Shown one piece after another: positions 48,101 to 60,146 of a stretch of 64,000 bases of DNA. This DNA is from Prorocentrum cordatum (taxonomy: Eukaryota), in the NCBI GenBank assembly GCA_963575745.1, contig CAUYUJ010000085.1:1-64000 (forward strand), in the 5' to 3' direction. The stretch's first letter is position 1. The number at the start of each line of letters is the position of its first letter. The position numbers and the translations under genes were made by a program. The notes under the pieces are model-generated. The model was not told the origin of the DNA, did no database searches, and worked only from the letters and a program-made list of their open reading frames with translations.

Positions 48101-51034
48101 GGGGCCCTACCTGGCTGCTCGGTGGCAATGCATTTGTTGCAACTGATCATGATCCTGCCCTTCGATATTTATCAGGCGTCGATCACGCAGATACCGCGCA
48201 CCCTGGACATCTATGCAGATGATATCACGCTTCAGATCATGATGAAGGCGAATGAGATTGTCCAGGCAACTCAGGCGGCTATCGGCAGGTTGGCGGTGGT
48301 CCTCCAAGCACTTGAGCTTCCCATCGCCAAAGACAAGGCTAAGATCCTGGGGCAGCGGAGGACATCGCAGCGCAAGTGGTTCGAGGAGTTTCTCAGTATG
48401 GCTTTCAGGTGGTCAACAAGCTGAGCGTCCTTGGCCTGGAATGTCGTGCATGGGGCTCGTCTGACCTACATGGAGATCCACAAGCGCGTCCGGAAAATCA
48501 AGGAGCGGATCCCGAGGTTCAGGAAGCTCAAAGGCATGGCGAAGCTGGCCAAGCGGATCGCTCGGCCATGCTTGGCGCCTGGCATGACCTACGGCCCCCA
48601 TGCGGTGGGGGCCCCGCCAGCCACGGTAGCCATGATGACGAACGTGGTCCGCACAGGCTGGAGCAAGACACCCACGGCTTCATCCACATGGCTTGCATCG
48701 CTCTTGGAAGAAGGTCCCAACCAGATGCCTGATGCGATGGCGGCCGTGGAGCCCATCTTCACTTGGGCGCAGTTGGTGCTCGACCAGAAGATCCCCATGG
48801 ACACGATCGAGCGCGCGTGGAAGATTCAGTCGGCAGCTTTGGCATCGGCATCGGCCCCATGGAGCTCCATCGCGGGACCTGCAGGCGCCGTCACCCTCAA
48901 CCTTAGGCGTCTGGGCTGGAGGGCGCATTCAGCCACGCATTGGGAGACGGGAAACGGCATCACGCTGAAGCTGGACGAGGTTGCACCCAAGTGGGTGCGC
49001 ACGATGGCGAGACGCAGCTACAGATCGGTGAAGTGGGAGGAGTGGGCATCCAAAGTGGAACATGCAGCTGAACACCCACCTGCCCCACGCGACCCGCGAG
49101 GTTACTGGATCGAGCCGATCGCAGCCATGATGCACGCACCTCCTGAGGCGTCTACTTGGAACTTGCAGCCCAAGGCCAGAGGCGCCCTCAGGTCCACCAT
49201 CATTGGAGCGCAATGGTCACAACAGCGCCTCTACACCATAGGCTACGCGGACTCTCAGATGTGCCAGTATTGCGGGGACGTTGTTGGCGATTTACACCAC
49301 AGATTTTGGAAGTGCCCCCGTTGTGCAGATACGAGGACAGCTGCTGTGGATGATTTGATAGTGGACATGGTTAAGGAGGCTTCCCCTAATGACCCCTTCT
49401 ACACCAGGGCGCTGCTTCCTCGAGCAGTACTCCCAGATATTCCGCCACCCCTGGACACGCAGAGGTGGTGGTACTGCATGGGAGGCCAGACCATGGACAT
49501 CACAGGAGAAGTGTCCACTGATGGATCGGCCAGGTCACCATTATATTGGCCTGAGGCGAGCCGTGCAGGATGGGGCATTGCCATCTTAGCAGGCAGGCGC
49601 CTTCGTGGCATGGCCTTCGGCCCCTTGCCAGGGCCCCAGCAGACAGCGCAGCGGGGCGAGATCTATGCCGTGCTCCAGGTGCTCAAGCACGGTCACCTCC
49701 CGCTGCACATCAAGACCGACTGCCTGGGCCTCGTAGAGTCGCTGGCGTTCGGCAAGGAGCATTGCACGCACGTGAGGAGGGACAATGCAGACCTGCGGCG
49801 GCAGCTCTGGCATGCGATCGAGGATTTGGGCGGGCTCAGCGAAGACCTGCAGATCACGTGGGTCGAGGGCCATCAGACGTCCCTGGAGGCAGGCGACAGC
49901 ATCGACAAGGTTGGGAATGACTTCGCGGACGCGGCCGCCAAGACGGGCACGGCGCTCCACGGCTTCCCCGAGGACGCCTACGAGGAACACAAGCGGCTGC
50001 TCAAGGCGGTCAGGCAGGTCGCTGCCTGGATAGGCAGCTGCCAGGTGGACATCGGCGTCGGCGACCAGCTCGACAGGGTCGCCACCGTGGGCAAGAAGGC
50101 TCGCCGCGGCGGGCGCGTTCAGCCAGCTCGGGCGCAGTCGGCTGGACCAGACGGCCTCTGCGGCCGCGAGCAGAGTAAAAGACACCAGGTAGTAGCGGCA
50201 GGCCGCGGCTGGCGCTGCATGCACTGCCCTCGATTTGCCAGATCGCGTAGGGGCCTCGAGAGGCTCAGGAGGGAGGTTTGCCCAGCCAGAGGAGGAGGAC
50301 GTCTGGAGGGCGGGGCGTCATCGTCTCACAGGGATGTTAGACCTCGGGTCACCTCCCCCCCGCCTCCTCCTCCTCCTCCTCTCGTGGAGCCTCCTTCCCC
50401 CTCGGTCCTCCCCTCGCTCGAGCGTGAGCGCCGTTCTGGATCGGTCGGGGGCGCTCCCCAAGGGCTTGCTGGGACTCCAGAGGCCCACCCCTCTCCTCCT
50501 CCCTCGCTTCGACCTCCCTCGCCTCACCTCGCCTCGCCTCCCCCTTCCTCGCCGCCGCCGCCGACCCCCGTCGCACCTCGTCCGAGGGTCAGGTTCGCGG
50601 AGGTCCTGGAGGGACCTGAGCGGCCCCAGGAGGCCATAAGGGGCGCGGTGGGTGCGGCGACCTCGCGGGGCGTGAAGCGAGCGTGGAAGGGCACGCCGCC
50701 GTCCAGAGCGGACGCGGTGGTGCCCAGAGCCCCGTTGCCACGCTCGGGGGAGGTCCCTCCCGCGAGCGCTCGGGGCCATGTCCTGTATCTGTCTGGGGAC
50801 CTGGTGGAGTGCAGCAAGTGTGGGGCGTTCTCGGCCAGAACGGCGCGCACGCAATTGTTTTGGGATTGTGACCCAGAGGCTGCCCTTAAAGATAATCCCC
50901 AGCGAAAGTGGAGACGGGACAACTTTATGAAGGGCACCCACCCAAAGGGGGGGAAGGCCCCACCCATTCCGACCCCCCGCAGGCTCGAGGTCACGGACTC
51001 GGCGGTCCAGTGGCTCGGCCTGCTTTCCATATAG
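45187..51034 (+). pseudogene. LINE-B ORF2: APE endonuclease, RT, CCHC finger, RNase H, C-terminal Cys clusters; interrupted by an A-rich tract (45248-45412) and frameshifts at ~48350-48450
   Basis: APE: TFNG, AQE, FAGDWN, TIDY, RPHYPV. RT: FRPIALLP, DISKCFD, GALPGC, YADD. Finger: CQYC..HHRFWKC. RNase H: TDGS, QRGE, TDC, WVEGH, GNDFAD. Confidence 0.9.
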
Positions 51035-53094
51035 TAGTTTCTGCTAACTCGTTTAGCTTTGATCCGTCCTCGGTCGTTTCGGTCCCTGGCCCCCGATCCT
51101 GGGCGTTTTCCGTCGGGACCTCTCGTCGCGGCCGTGATGCTTCGGCTGGGCCAATGCGCCCTGGGGCCCGAAATCGCTCTGTGCTCGATTGCGCGTTTCT
51201 CACCTTTTCCTGCCCCCTGTTCCGTCCCGAATCCGACTCGGCGCGTCGCTCCATGGGCTCGCGACTCCTCCTTCTCGTCCTCCTCCTCCTCCTTCTCGTC
51301 CTCCTCCTCCTCCTCCTCCTTCTCCTTCTTGTCCTCCTCCGCCCTCCTCCTCCTCCGCCCTCCTCCTCCTCCTCCTCCTCCTCCTCCTCCTCCTCCTTCC
51401 CCAGGCCCCCGACGTGATGAGTGTTTCATAACGTCGACCCCCGGGCACCTCGCCCGTTCCCTTGGGGCCGGTGTTCCATCCCGAGTCGCTCTCTTGGACG
51501 GCCCCGGGGCCCGGCGTGAGGGCCCCTTCGGAGGCCGAGGAAGGGCGAGAAGCCGCCCGTCGTGACTGGTTCATGACTCCGTGGGGTCTCCTCCAGGAGA
51601 ACAGGGGGCAGCGAAATCCAGGGAGACTTCATGGCTCTGGCCATGATACCTGCCCCGCCCCAGTCATCACCCACCCCCCTCTTGGCCGCCCCCGGAGGGA
51701 GCGGACACGCGACCACCGCTGCGGACAAAGCTTTGGCCTAGCAAAGACCAGGTGGGCGATGCCATGGCCTCTAAAGACTAGCTACACAGGCATAAACTGT
51801 TGAGGGTCCGCTCGGATCTCTTGGATCGGCGCTGGACACCCCCCCTCCATGGCGTGCCGACACAAGAAATGCGCGCGGACCTCCAAAACTTTATCCTTAC
51901 TCCCGCACCAGCGGATGCCTTCGGGCATCTTACAGTGGGGGCCCGACCATCGGAAACATTCCACAAGAAACCCAACCCTGAGACCCCAGGACGTCCAGCG
52001 ACTTGGCGTGGGAACGGCACGCTTTCCATGGCAAAACCATCGAGACCTAAAAAGCCCAGGGCACCCTGGAGGCAAGCAGGGTAATCCTTGGCATGGGGCT
52101 CTAAGGAATTCTATGGATTCCCTGCGGAATTCCCATGGACTCCTGGGAATCCCCTGGGGGTCCCATGGGAGTTCCCATGGCAAGCTGCACTTCTCTCCTA
52201 GGGCAACTCCGGGCGCTCCGGTGCCGCTCTGGACGGCGTGTGACCGCCGCGCGTCGCCGCAGTAGCCGCCGCCGGGCCCGGGCGGCGGTCTGGCCAGCTC
52301 GGCGCCGCCCGCCGCCGCGTTGCAAGCGCACTGGATCGCTCTGGTTCGCACTGGTCTGCACTGCGTCGATCGCGTTGCATCGCTCTGCACTGCCTTCGCG
52401 TTGCTCTGCATGAAGCGTTGCCTCGCGCTGCGTTGCGTGCGTTGCGTTGCTGCGTGTCCTTGTGCTGTCTTGCTCCGCCCTGCTATGCATGGCTGTGCAC
52501 TGCTCCCTAGTGCTTTGCATTGCGTTGCATTGATTTGCAGTGCTGTGCCCAACACAGATTACACCACATGTATTGCACCATCTAGATTGCACCACAGTGA
52601 TTGCCCCACCTAGATTGCACCGCATACGTTGCAAGGCATCACTGTTTGGGGTCCTCACTGGCTAACATGTGTACTATGTGTTGCTCGTCGAGATTAGTCA
52701 GACATTGGCAAGATGAAGACGATTCAGGACCGACATGACTCCGGGATCTCTGAGAGCTGGCGGGCCTTCTGATGTTGCAGAGCGTTCCAGAACGTTCTGA
52801 AAGCGTTCCAGGCCACTCTGAAGCACTTTACCTGCATCCAACGGGGGGCGTCCAAGCGAGGGGTTCGCAAATCATGGCCCGAAGCACGTGCGCTGCCCAG
52901 GGGGGGGGAGGGGCACGGGACGCATTGCGAGAAGAGGAGGAGGGCATGAAATCCGGGGAGACACCTGCCCCCGGCCGCGATACCCCCCCCAAATCATCAC
53001 CGCCCTCTTGGCTTGGATGCCAATTCTTGGAACCTTCCTGGAGACATTCGCTCCACTCGTGCGTCGAAGATGCGTCGAACGTCCGTCGATTTGA

Positions 53095-53180
53095 GTCGAC
53101 CCTGAGTCGAACCTGAGCCGAACCTGAGCCGAACCTGAGCCGAACCTGAGTCGAACTTGCGTCGAACTTGAATCGAACTA
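53095..53180. repeat. 10-bp tandem repeat (gaacctgagc-like)
   Basis: Seen directly in the sequence. Confidence 0.8.
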
Positions 53181-56100
53181 GTGCCGACCAGCTCCGTTAG
53201 GTGGGCCCCAGGAAGGTCCCCAGAACGAGCACCTAACTCGGCCGCCCCCGACGGGCGCTCTGAAGCGACCCACCTCCCCCCGAGGCCTGCCCCACAGACC
53301 CCTCAGGTTGCTCGGGAGCACCGGCCGAGGAGCCCCCCAGTTCATCCCCCCCCCTCCCCCGAAGGGCGCTCGGAAACGATCCCTGCCCTCCCCCACAGGC
53401 ACCTCTGGGTGCTCGGGATCACGGCTCCCCACGCCAAGGACCCCCCCCTCAGGTCGGTCATCCCCCCCCCCTCTTCCCAGACCCCGACGCCACGAGTTGT
53501 TTCTCACGACGACCCCCAGGAGTGTCGAACCATTCCCCGGGACCGGCTTTTCATCTTGAGTCGTCTTCTCACGGCCCCGAGGCCCGGCGAGAGCCCACAG
53601 AGGCCGAACGTAGCGAGAGGATCCTCCCTCCGCGCCTCCTCTCCATGGCTCGAGGGGCCCGGGTCCGAGGCCCGCGCCACAGATCGGGGGCGCGCAAACA
53701 TGGATCAGCGATCCATGGCCTTGGCGCGCAGTCGCCAACTCCATGGATCGGGGGAGGTGCCCTCCCCCAAATGCGGCCAGCGCCGCCTCGCTCGGCGGCG
53801 GAAATCCGCGACTCCCATGGGAACGGGCCCCGTCGCTAACTCATGCCCTCTTCATTCATGTTTGCGATCGCCTGAACAGGCCCATCAAAGGATGTTCTAA
53901 AAGAACCATTTTGTGGCCTGCCCAACATGTTTTTAGAACATGTCTGGCTGGGGCTGTCTTGGTTCAGCAGGTCGGACTTATACGTTCTGAGAACACCGCT
54001 TCTCTTCTTAAGAACACATTATGGGGCTCTAAAAACATGTCTTTGGAGTCCCGAAACGGTGCGGTGACAGACCGTGCGGTGACCTCGAAATCCCACGAGA
54101 CCTCACCGCACGGTCCGTCACCGCACGGTCTTGGGAACCCGGAGGCCCCTGTCGCCCGAGACGTCCTCGGAGAACGGCCCGAGTCCCAAAGCCGTGCGGT
54201 GACCCCGAATCCCCACCGAGTCACCGCACGGCGTGGTCACCACCCCGTCTGGGGACCCCCGACAATCTCGTGGTCGGCGTGTGGGAATGCCGGGACGGTC
54301 GGCCCCTGCTCCACTCCGGGTGCTATCGGGAGCACGGCTCCCCCCGGCCGAGCGGCCCCGGCCCTGAGCATCGCTGCACCGATCCCCCTCCGCTGGCCGA
54401 TCCCCCACCCCCCCGGGTAGGGGGGGTCTGGGTCGTGCTCTTCGGGCTCCGACGAGGGGTGCACCCCCCACTGGGGTGGTACTTTGGCGGGGGCCTCGAA
54501 GGGGATGGAGATGGGGATGGGGATCGGTTATACGCCCAGACATGCGACGTCCTGAGTTTCCCACGACGGCGCCCCCTGGAAGTCCCGACCCCGTCCCCGG
54601 GACCGGTCTTTCATCCTGAGTCGTTTTTGGACGGTCTCAGGGGACCGGCGAGGGCCGCCGAGGGTCGAAACTAGTGAAAAACCCCCCGTCCTGATTCTCT
54701 TTTACGACGCGAGCACGTCTGGGAACGATACCGAGACCCAGCCGGGGAAGGGCGGCGCGCGCCCCGCGCGCCTCCCGCTCGGCCTCCTGCGGTTCCAGCC
54801 GCGCGCCGGGCAGCCAGCGCTGCAGGGCCGCCGCCCCGCCCTCGGGCGCCGCCGCCGCCGCCGCCAGCGGCCTCGGCGTCGCCGTCGCCGCGGTCGTCGA
54901 GGTCGTGGGAAGTTGCGAGGGGCCCTGGTGCGGGCACACAGGTCAAGAGACACGAGTCCCAGGATGCCCCAGGTCTTCCAATATCTTCTGGGTGTTCGTC
55001 CGTTCCCCCCCCCACTTCCCACATGTTTTCCCATGACTTCCTGGGGGTCGACGATTCATTGGCTGTGTTTTTTGTCCACTCCTGAGAGTGGTCATGGGCG
55101 TGGGCGTGGTCGTGGTCGTGGTCGTGGTCGTCGCCGCTGCCGCTGGCGTCGTCGTCGTCGCTGGTGCCGCCGTCGCCAGCGGTGTCGGCGTCGCTGTTAC
55201 GGTGTCGACGTTGTCGTCATCGCCGTCGTCGTCGTCGGCGTCGCTCTCGTCGTCGTCGTCGCCGCCGCCGCCACCGTCGTCGTCGTCGTCGTCGGCGGCG
55301 TCGTCGTCGTCGGCGTCGTCGGCTTCGCCGCCGCTGGTGTCGTCAACGTCGTCGTCGTCGGCGTCGCTCTGGTCTGGGTGGTCGAGGTCGTCGCCGTGGG
55401 CACGGTTGTGGTCGTTGCCGCCGTCCACCTCTCAATCCTCCTGCTCCGCGTCATCGTCCTCCTCCTCCTTTTCTTTCTCCAGTGGTAACAACCATGTGCG
55501 TGTCTCTCGAAGTTCCTTCTTCCCCTCGTCCTCCTCTCACCTCCCCTCCCCATTCCCCCTCCTCTCCCTCCTCCCTCTGCTCTTCACCCTACAGCCCTAC
55601 AGCTTCTTCATGCCCTCCCTCCCTCCCTCCCTCCCTCCCTCCCTCCCTCCTCCTGGCCCTCCTCCTGGCCCTCCTCCTGCGCTGCTGGCTTCTCACTCCT
55701 CCGCCCTCCTCCTGCGCCTCTCCTCCTCCTCGCCCCTGCGCCGACGAGCTCCCCGGGGACAGCCGACGGGCCTGCAGGGGCCCCACTGGCGCGGAGGAGG
55801 GAGACACGGAGGGAGGGAGGGAGGGCGGGGGGAACTTGATTTCCGGGGATGGACAAAAGGACCCTTGGGAGGAGGAGGAGGAGGAGGTGGAGACGGAGGA
55901 GGAGGATCGAGGAGGATCGAGGAGGATCGAGGAGGAGGAGGAGGAGTAGGAGGAGGAGTAGGAGCAAAACTCCATCTGGGGAAAGCAACTCCGGGGGGCC
56001 AGACCCGGGGCTGGACCCGGCGGGCGCAGGCCTGCAAAAGAAGCGCGGCCGCGACGCCCTCTCGAGGACGGCACGAGTGCCCCGCGCAGGCAGCCGCTGC

Positions 56101-58707
56101 AGGGCGCGGGCTCCACCAAAGCCTCCACGGTTTCCTCGGGCTGCACCCCTGCGGAACGCGGGGGCTCGGAGCCGAGCGACCCCCCCCCCGCCGTGACAAA
56201 AACTGCAGCGCCGGGACCTCAGGGAAAGCCGAGGCTTAGGTCGGGCATGTCCCCCTACAGGCAGATTTTGGACGAAAAAAATACCCCCAAAACATACCCC
56301 AAAATGATCAAAAATAGTCAAAACATCGCCCCCCGACTATTTTTAACTACTCAACGCCATGGGCCGCGGCGCGCGGCGGGAAGCCCTCCCGCCGGGAGGC
56401 CGCGGCTGGCCGCGGCCGCAGCGGGCGCGCCAATTGAGGCGCCGCTCCGCCGAGGCGCGGCCGCCGCGCCCCACAGCGAGGCGCGGCCGCGTCCGCGCCC
56501 CGCCGAGGGCGCGCCGAGGAGCCCTGCCGCAGAGGCGGCAGGCAGCCTCGGCCGGGCCCAACGGACCTCGCAGGCCCCGCGCGGCAGGGCGCAGTTCCTC
56601 CTCCTCCTCCTCCTCCTCCTCCTCCTCCTCCTCCTCCTCCTCCTCCTCCTCCTCCTCCTCCTCCTCCTCCTCCTCCTCACTCCCCCCCTTCCTTCCTCCT
56701 CCTCCTCCCTCCTCCCTCCTCCTTCTCCTCCCTCCTCAAAATCGTTCTCCTTCGCCCCCTCCTCCGATCTACTCCCCCTCCCTCCTCCACTCCTCCTCCC
56801 CCTCCTCCGCCTCCTCCTCCTCCTCCTCCTCCTCCTCCTCCACCTCCTCCTCCTCCTCCTCCTATCCCCCTCCTCCTTCCTTCCCCCTCCTCCTACTCCT
56901 TCCGTCCAAACCCTTCCTTCGCCTACTCCTCACTCCTCCTCTCCTCCTCCTCCTCCTCCTCCTCCTCCTCCTCCTCCACCACCTCCCCCTCCCCCTCCTC
57001 CTCCTCCTCCTCCTCCTCCTCCTCCTCCTCTTCCTCCTCCTCTGGCGTGATTTGTTGCGCGATGCTGCATTGTTTTAGCTGGGACCGACCGTCCCGGCAT
57101 TCCTATAGGCCTAGCAGGAAATGTTCTTAGAACCCGAACATGTTCTAGGAGCAAAATCAATCCTCTTAGAACATTCACCCGATGTGTTATAACAGGACAG
57201 CCTAAGCCAGGAATGTTCTGAGAACACTTCGCGCAAGCCACAAAAGGTTCTCAGAACATCCTCTGGTGGACCTAGCAGGCGAGCCAGGACGCTTCCGCCA
57301 CTGCCTGAGTTTTGTTGGTGCAGCGTCGGATCTCAGGGCCTGTCCCGGCCCCTGTCGGCGACCTTCTGAACCCGGGTCAATCCAGACCCGGGTCAGCAGG
57401 AAACTAACAACTGCAGTGCAGGAACAAAAAAAAACATGCAACGCAGGTCCTCGCAAACCCGGGTCAGCCAGCAGGCGCGGCCGCCCCGCGGCCACGAGCG
57501 GCTCGCGGACCCGGGTCGGCCAGAGGGGGTCCTCGCAGGATCCTGCAGGATCCGGCGCTCTGGCTGACCCCAGTCTGCGTCGACCCCCGCCTCGAGGCTC
57601 CCGACCCTGGCGGGCGGAGGCGGACACGACGGCGGCCGCTCGATCCATCCTGGGCCTCCGCGGGCCCTCGCCCGGCCTCGGGGCCGCCCGACCCAGAGGC
57701 GCCTCGGGGCGGAGAGCCGCAGATGCTCCAAAGAGAAGCCACACGCGCTATACAACAACTGAGCGAACGAATCCTCCTCCTCGATCCTCCTCCTCGATCC
57801 TCCTCCTCGATCCTCCTCCTCGATCCTCCTCTTCGATCCTCCTCCTCCTCCTCCTCCTCTTTTTACATGGGGGCCTCCCATACCATCTTGCCGGCTCTTG
57901 CGAGCCGACGCTCATCGGCGTCGAATCGACGCTCATCGACGCCAAATCGTCGACGTCATGGGAAGCGTCGATGCTGAGTCGTCGACGCTGCATCTCGGGC
58001 GGTCGACGTGATGGGAAACTATCAGGACGTCGGGGTCGGGGGGCGGGGGGCGGGGGGGCGAAGCGCCGGCGCGGCGGGCGGCAGCAGGGGCGCGCAGCCG
58101 GAGTGTGCTCGTGTGTCGTGTGTTGTGTGTTGTGTGCTATGTTGTGTGCTATGTGTTGTGTGTGTGTGTGTCAATGAGAATGGAGGGGGAGAAGGAGAAC
58201 GGAGGAGGAGAAGGAGAATGGTCGAGCCTGTGGAGGCCTCCGAATATGGGGAGAAGGAGAACGGAGGAGGAGAAGGAGAAGGAGAAGGAGGAGGAAAGGA
58301 TGAAGAACAGGAGGACGGAATGAGCAGCGAGGACAGTGACCACGGGGGGGCAGGAGGGGGACGAGAGCAGGGCGAGGGTTCGGCGGCAACTCATGGGAGC
58401 CTCCCATACCATCTTGTCGGCTCTGGCGAATCGACGCTCAACGATGCAAAATCGCTGCAAATCGACGCGAACCGACGCAACATCGGCGCTATCTTAACGA
58501 ATCCCAGACGCCAATCGACGCGAATCAACGCTGAATGCGGAATTATGAGGGTCGACCAGGCCCCCATGAATTCTGCTGCAGTGGAGGCTGGTCCGCAGTG
58601 GTGCGGGAATGTCGTGCCTTCCATCGACACGAAACATCGAAGCCCAAGAAGCCCTCGAGGCAAGCAGGGTGTTTCTTGGCATGGTGCTCCACTGTACCGA
58701 ACGATTT

Positions 58708-58914
58708 GGACGCCCGAAATGGGCACGGAAAACATGGGTACAATGCCCAACAACAAATGCTGTCCCAAACCAACAGCGGCCGCTGTTGGGCAGGCTGCCT
58801 TCTGTCTCAAATGGACACAGGCCGCGGCGGCGCGGACAGCGAGTCCTCTTCAAAATGAACAGGGACTGCTGTTGGGCATTGTACCCATTCTTTCCGTGCC
58901 AATCTCGTTCGTGC
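58708..58914. mobile_element. MITE-like element family 2, copy b (207 bp)
   Basis: gcacggaaaacatgggtacaatgcccaaca / tgttgggcattgtacccattctttccgtgc. Confidence 0.8.
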
Positions 58915-59629
58915 AGAAACGAGCAGGAGCAGGGGGGACGCGAGAACGGAGGAGGAGGGCCAGAGGCGGAGAGACCACGACCACGGAGGAGGGGGATGGG
59001 GCAGCAGCAGGGGGGGCGACGCGCACGGAGCAGCAGGGGCAGGGGGGGAGGAGGGGAAGGGGAGAAGGTCCTCCTTATCCCCCTGGTCCCTCCTCCTCCT
59101 CCTCCTCCAGCTCCAGTTCCTCCTCCTCCTCCTCCTCCTCCTCCTCCTCCTCCTCCAGCTCCAGCTCCTCCTCCTCCTCCTCCTCCTCCTCCTCCTCCTC
59201 CTCCTCCTCCTGCTCCTCCTGCTTCTCCCGCTCCTCCGGGCAGCAGGGGCGGCAGCAAAAGCAGGGGCAGGGAGAGGATGCAGAGGGGGAGGAACGCAGG
59301 AGGAGCGGCAGGAAGAGCCAGGATGTATCGCCACTGGGCAGCGCTTCGCCGATCCCGATACCCAGCGGCGTGGCCTAGGCCCCCCACCCCTCGGGCCGAT
59401 GTGCCCCCCTAGATGGGATATATATATATACATATATACACATATATATATATTCATATATATATATATATAAATAAATAATATATATATATATATATGT
59501 ATATTTATGAATATATATATATATACATATATGTATATATACATGCATATATAAATATATATATATATATATATATGTGTTCATATATATATGTGCTCAG
59601 CCCCACCCCAGCACCCCCCCCAGGGCCCG

Positions 59630-60140
59630 TCATCCTCATCATCATCCCCATCGCATTTCTCCTCATCCTCATCCGCATGATTCTGAGGATCAGGATGCGG
59701 AGGAGGATGATGATGTTGATGATGAAGATGATGATGAGGAGGAGGAGGAGGGCGGGGATGATGATAAGGCGGAGGGGGCGGATAATGTTGAGGATGCGGA
59801 TGAGGATGAGGATGATGATGATGATGGTGATGACGAGGAGGAGGGGGATGATGATGATGATGATGACGATGACGATGATGATGATGATGATGATGGTGAT
59901 GATGATGGTGGTGGTGATAATGATGATGATGCTGATGATGATGATGATGATGATGATGCGGAGAATGGCAATAATGATGCTGACGATGATGATGATGAGC
60001 AACATGAGAATGATGAGGTGGATGATGCGGAGGGGGATGATGATGATGTGGATGATGAAGATAAGGAGGAAGGAGGAGGAGACGGAGGAGGATGCGGAGA
60101 AGGATGTGGAGGATTATGCGGAGGAGGAGGATGGGGGGGA
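59630..60140. repeat. (CAT)/(GAT)/(GGA) microsatellite block at the 3' end of LINE-A copy 2
   Basis: Seen directly in the sequence. Confidence 0.9.
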
Positions 60141-60146
60141 GCTTAT

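Larger units (their letters stand above)
43905..51265 (+). mobile_element. Non-LTR retrotransposon (LINE family B), near full length
   Basis: ORF1 + APE-RT-ZnF-RNase H ORF2 on the plus strand, bounded by (CCT)n tracts; ends approximate. Confidence 0.92.

Noticed and set aside
51410..51445. tgatgagt..ttc near the LINE-B 3' end as a hammerhead ribozyme
   Set aside because: Lacks the CUGAUGA core, GAAA and pairing stems.
53880..54040. Heat-shock or STAT-like regulatory elements
   Set aside because: The motifs lie in a dispersed repeat with no adjacent gene.
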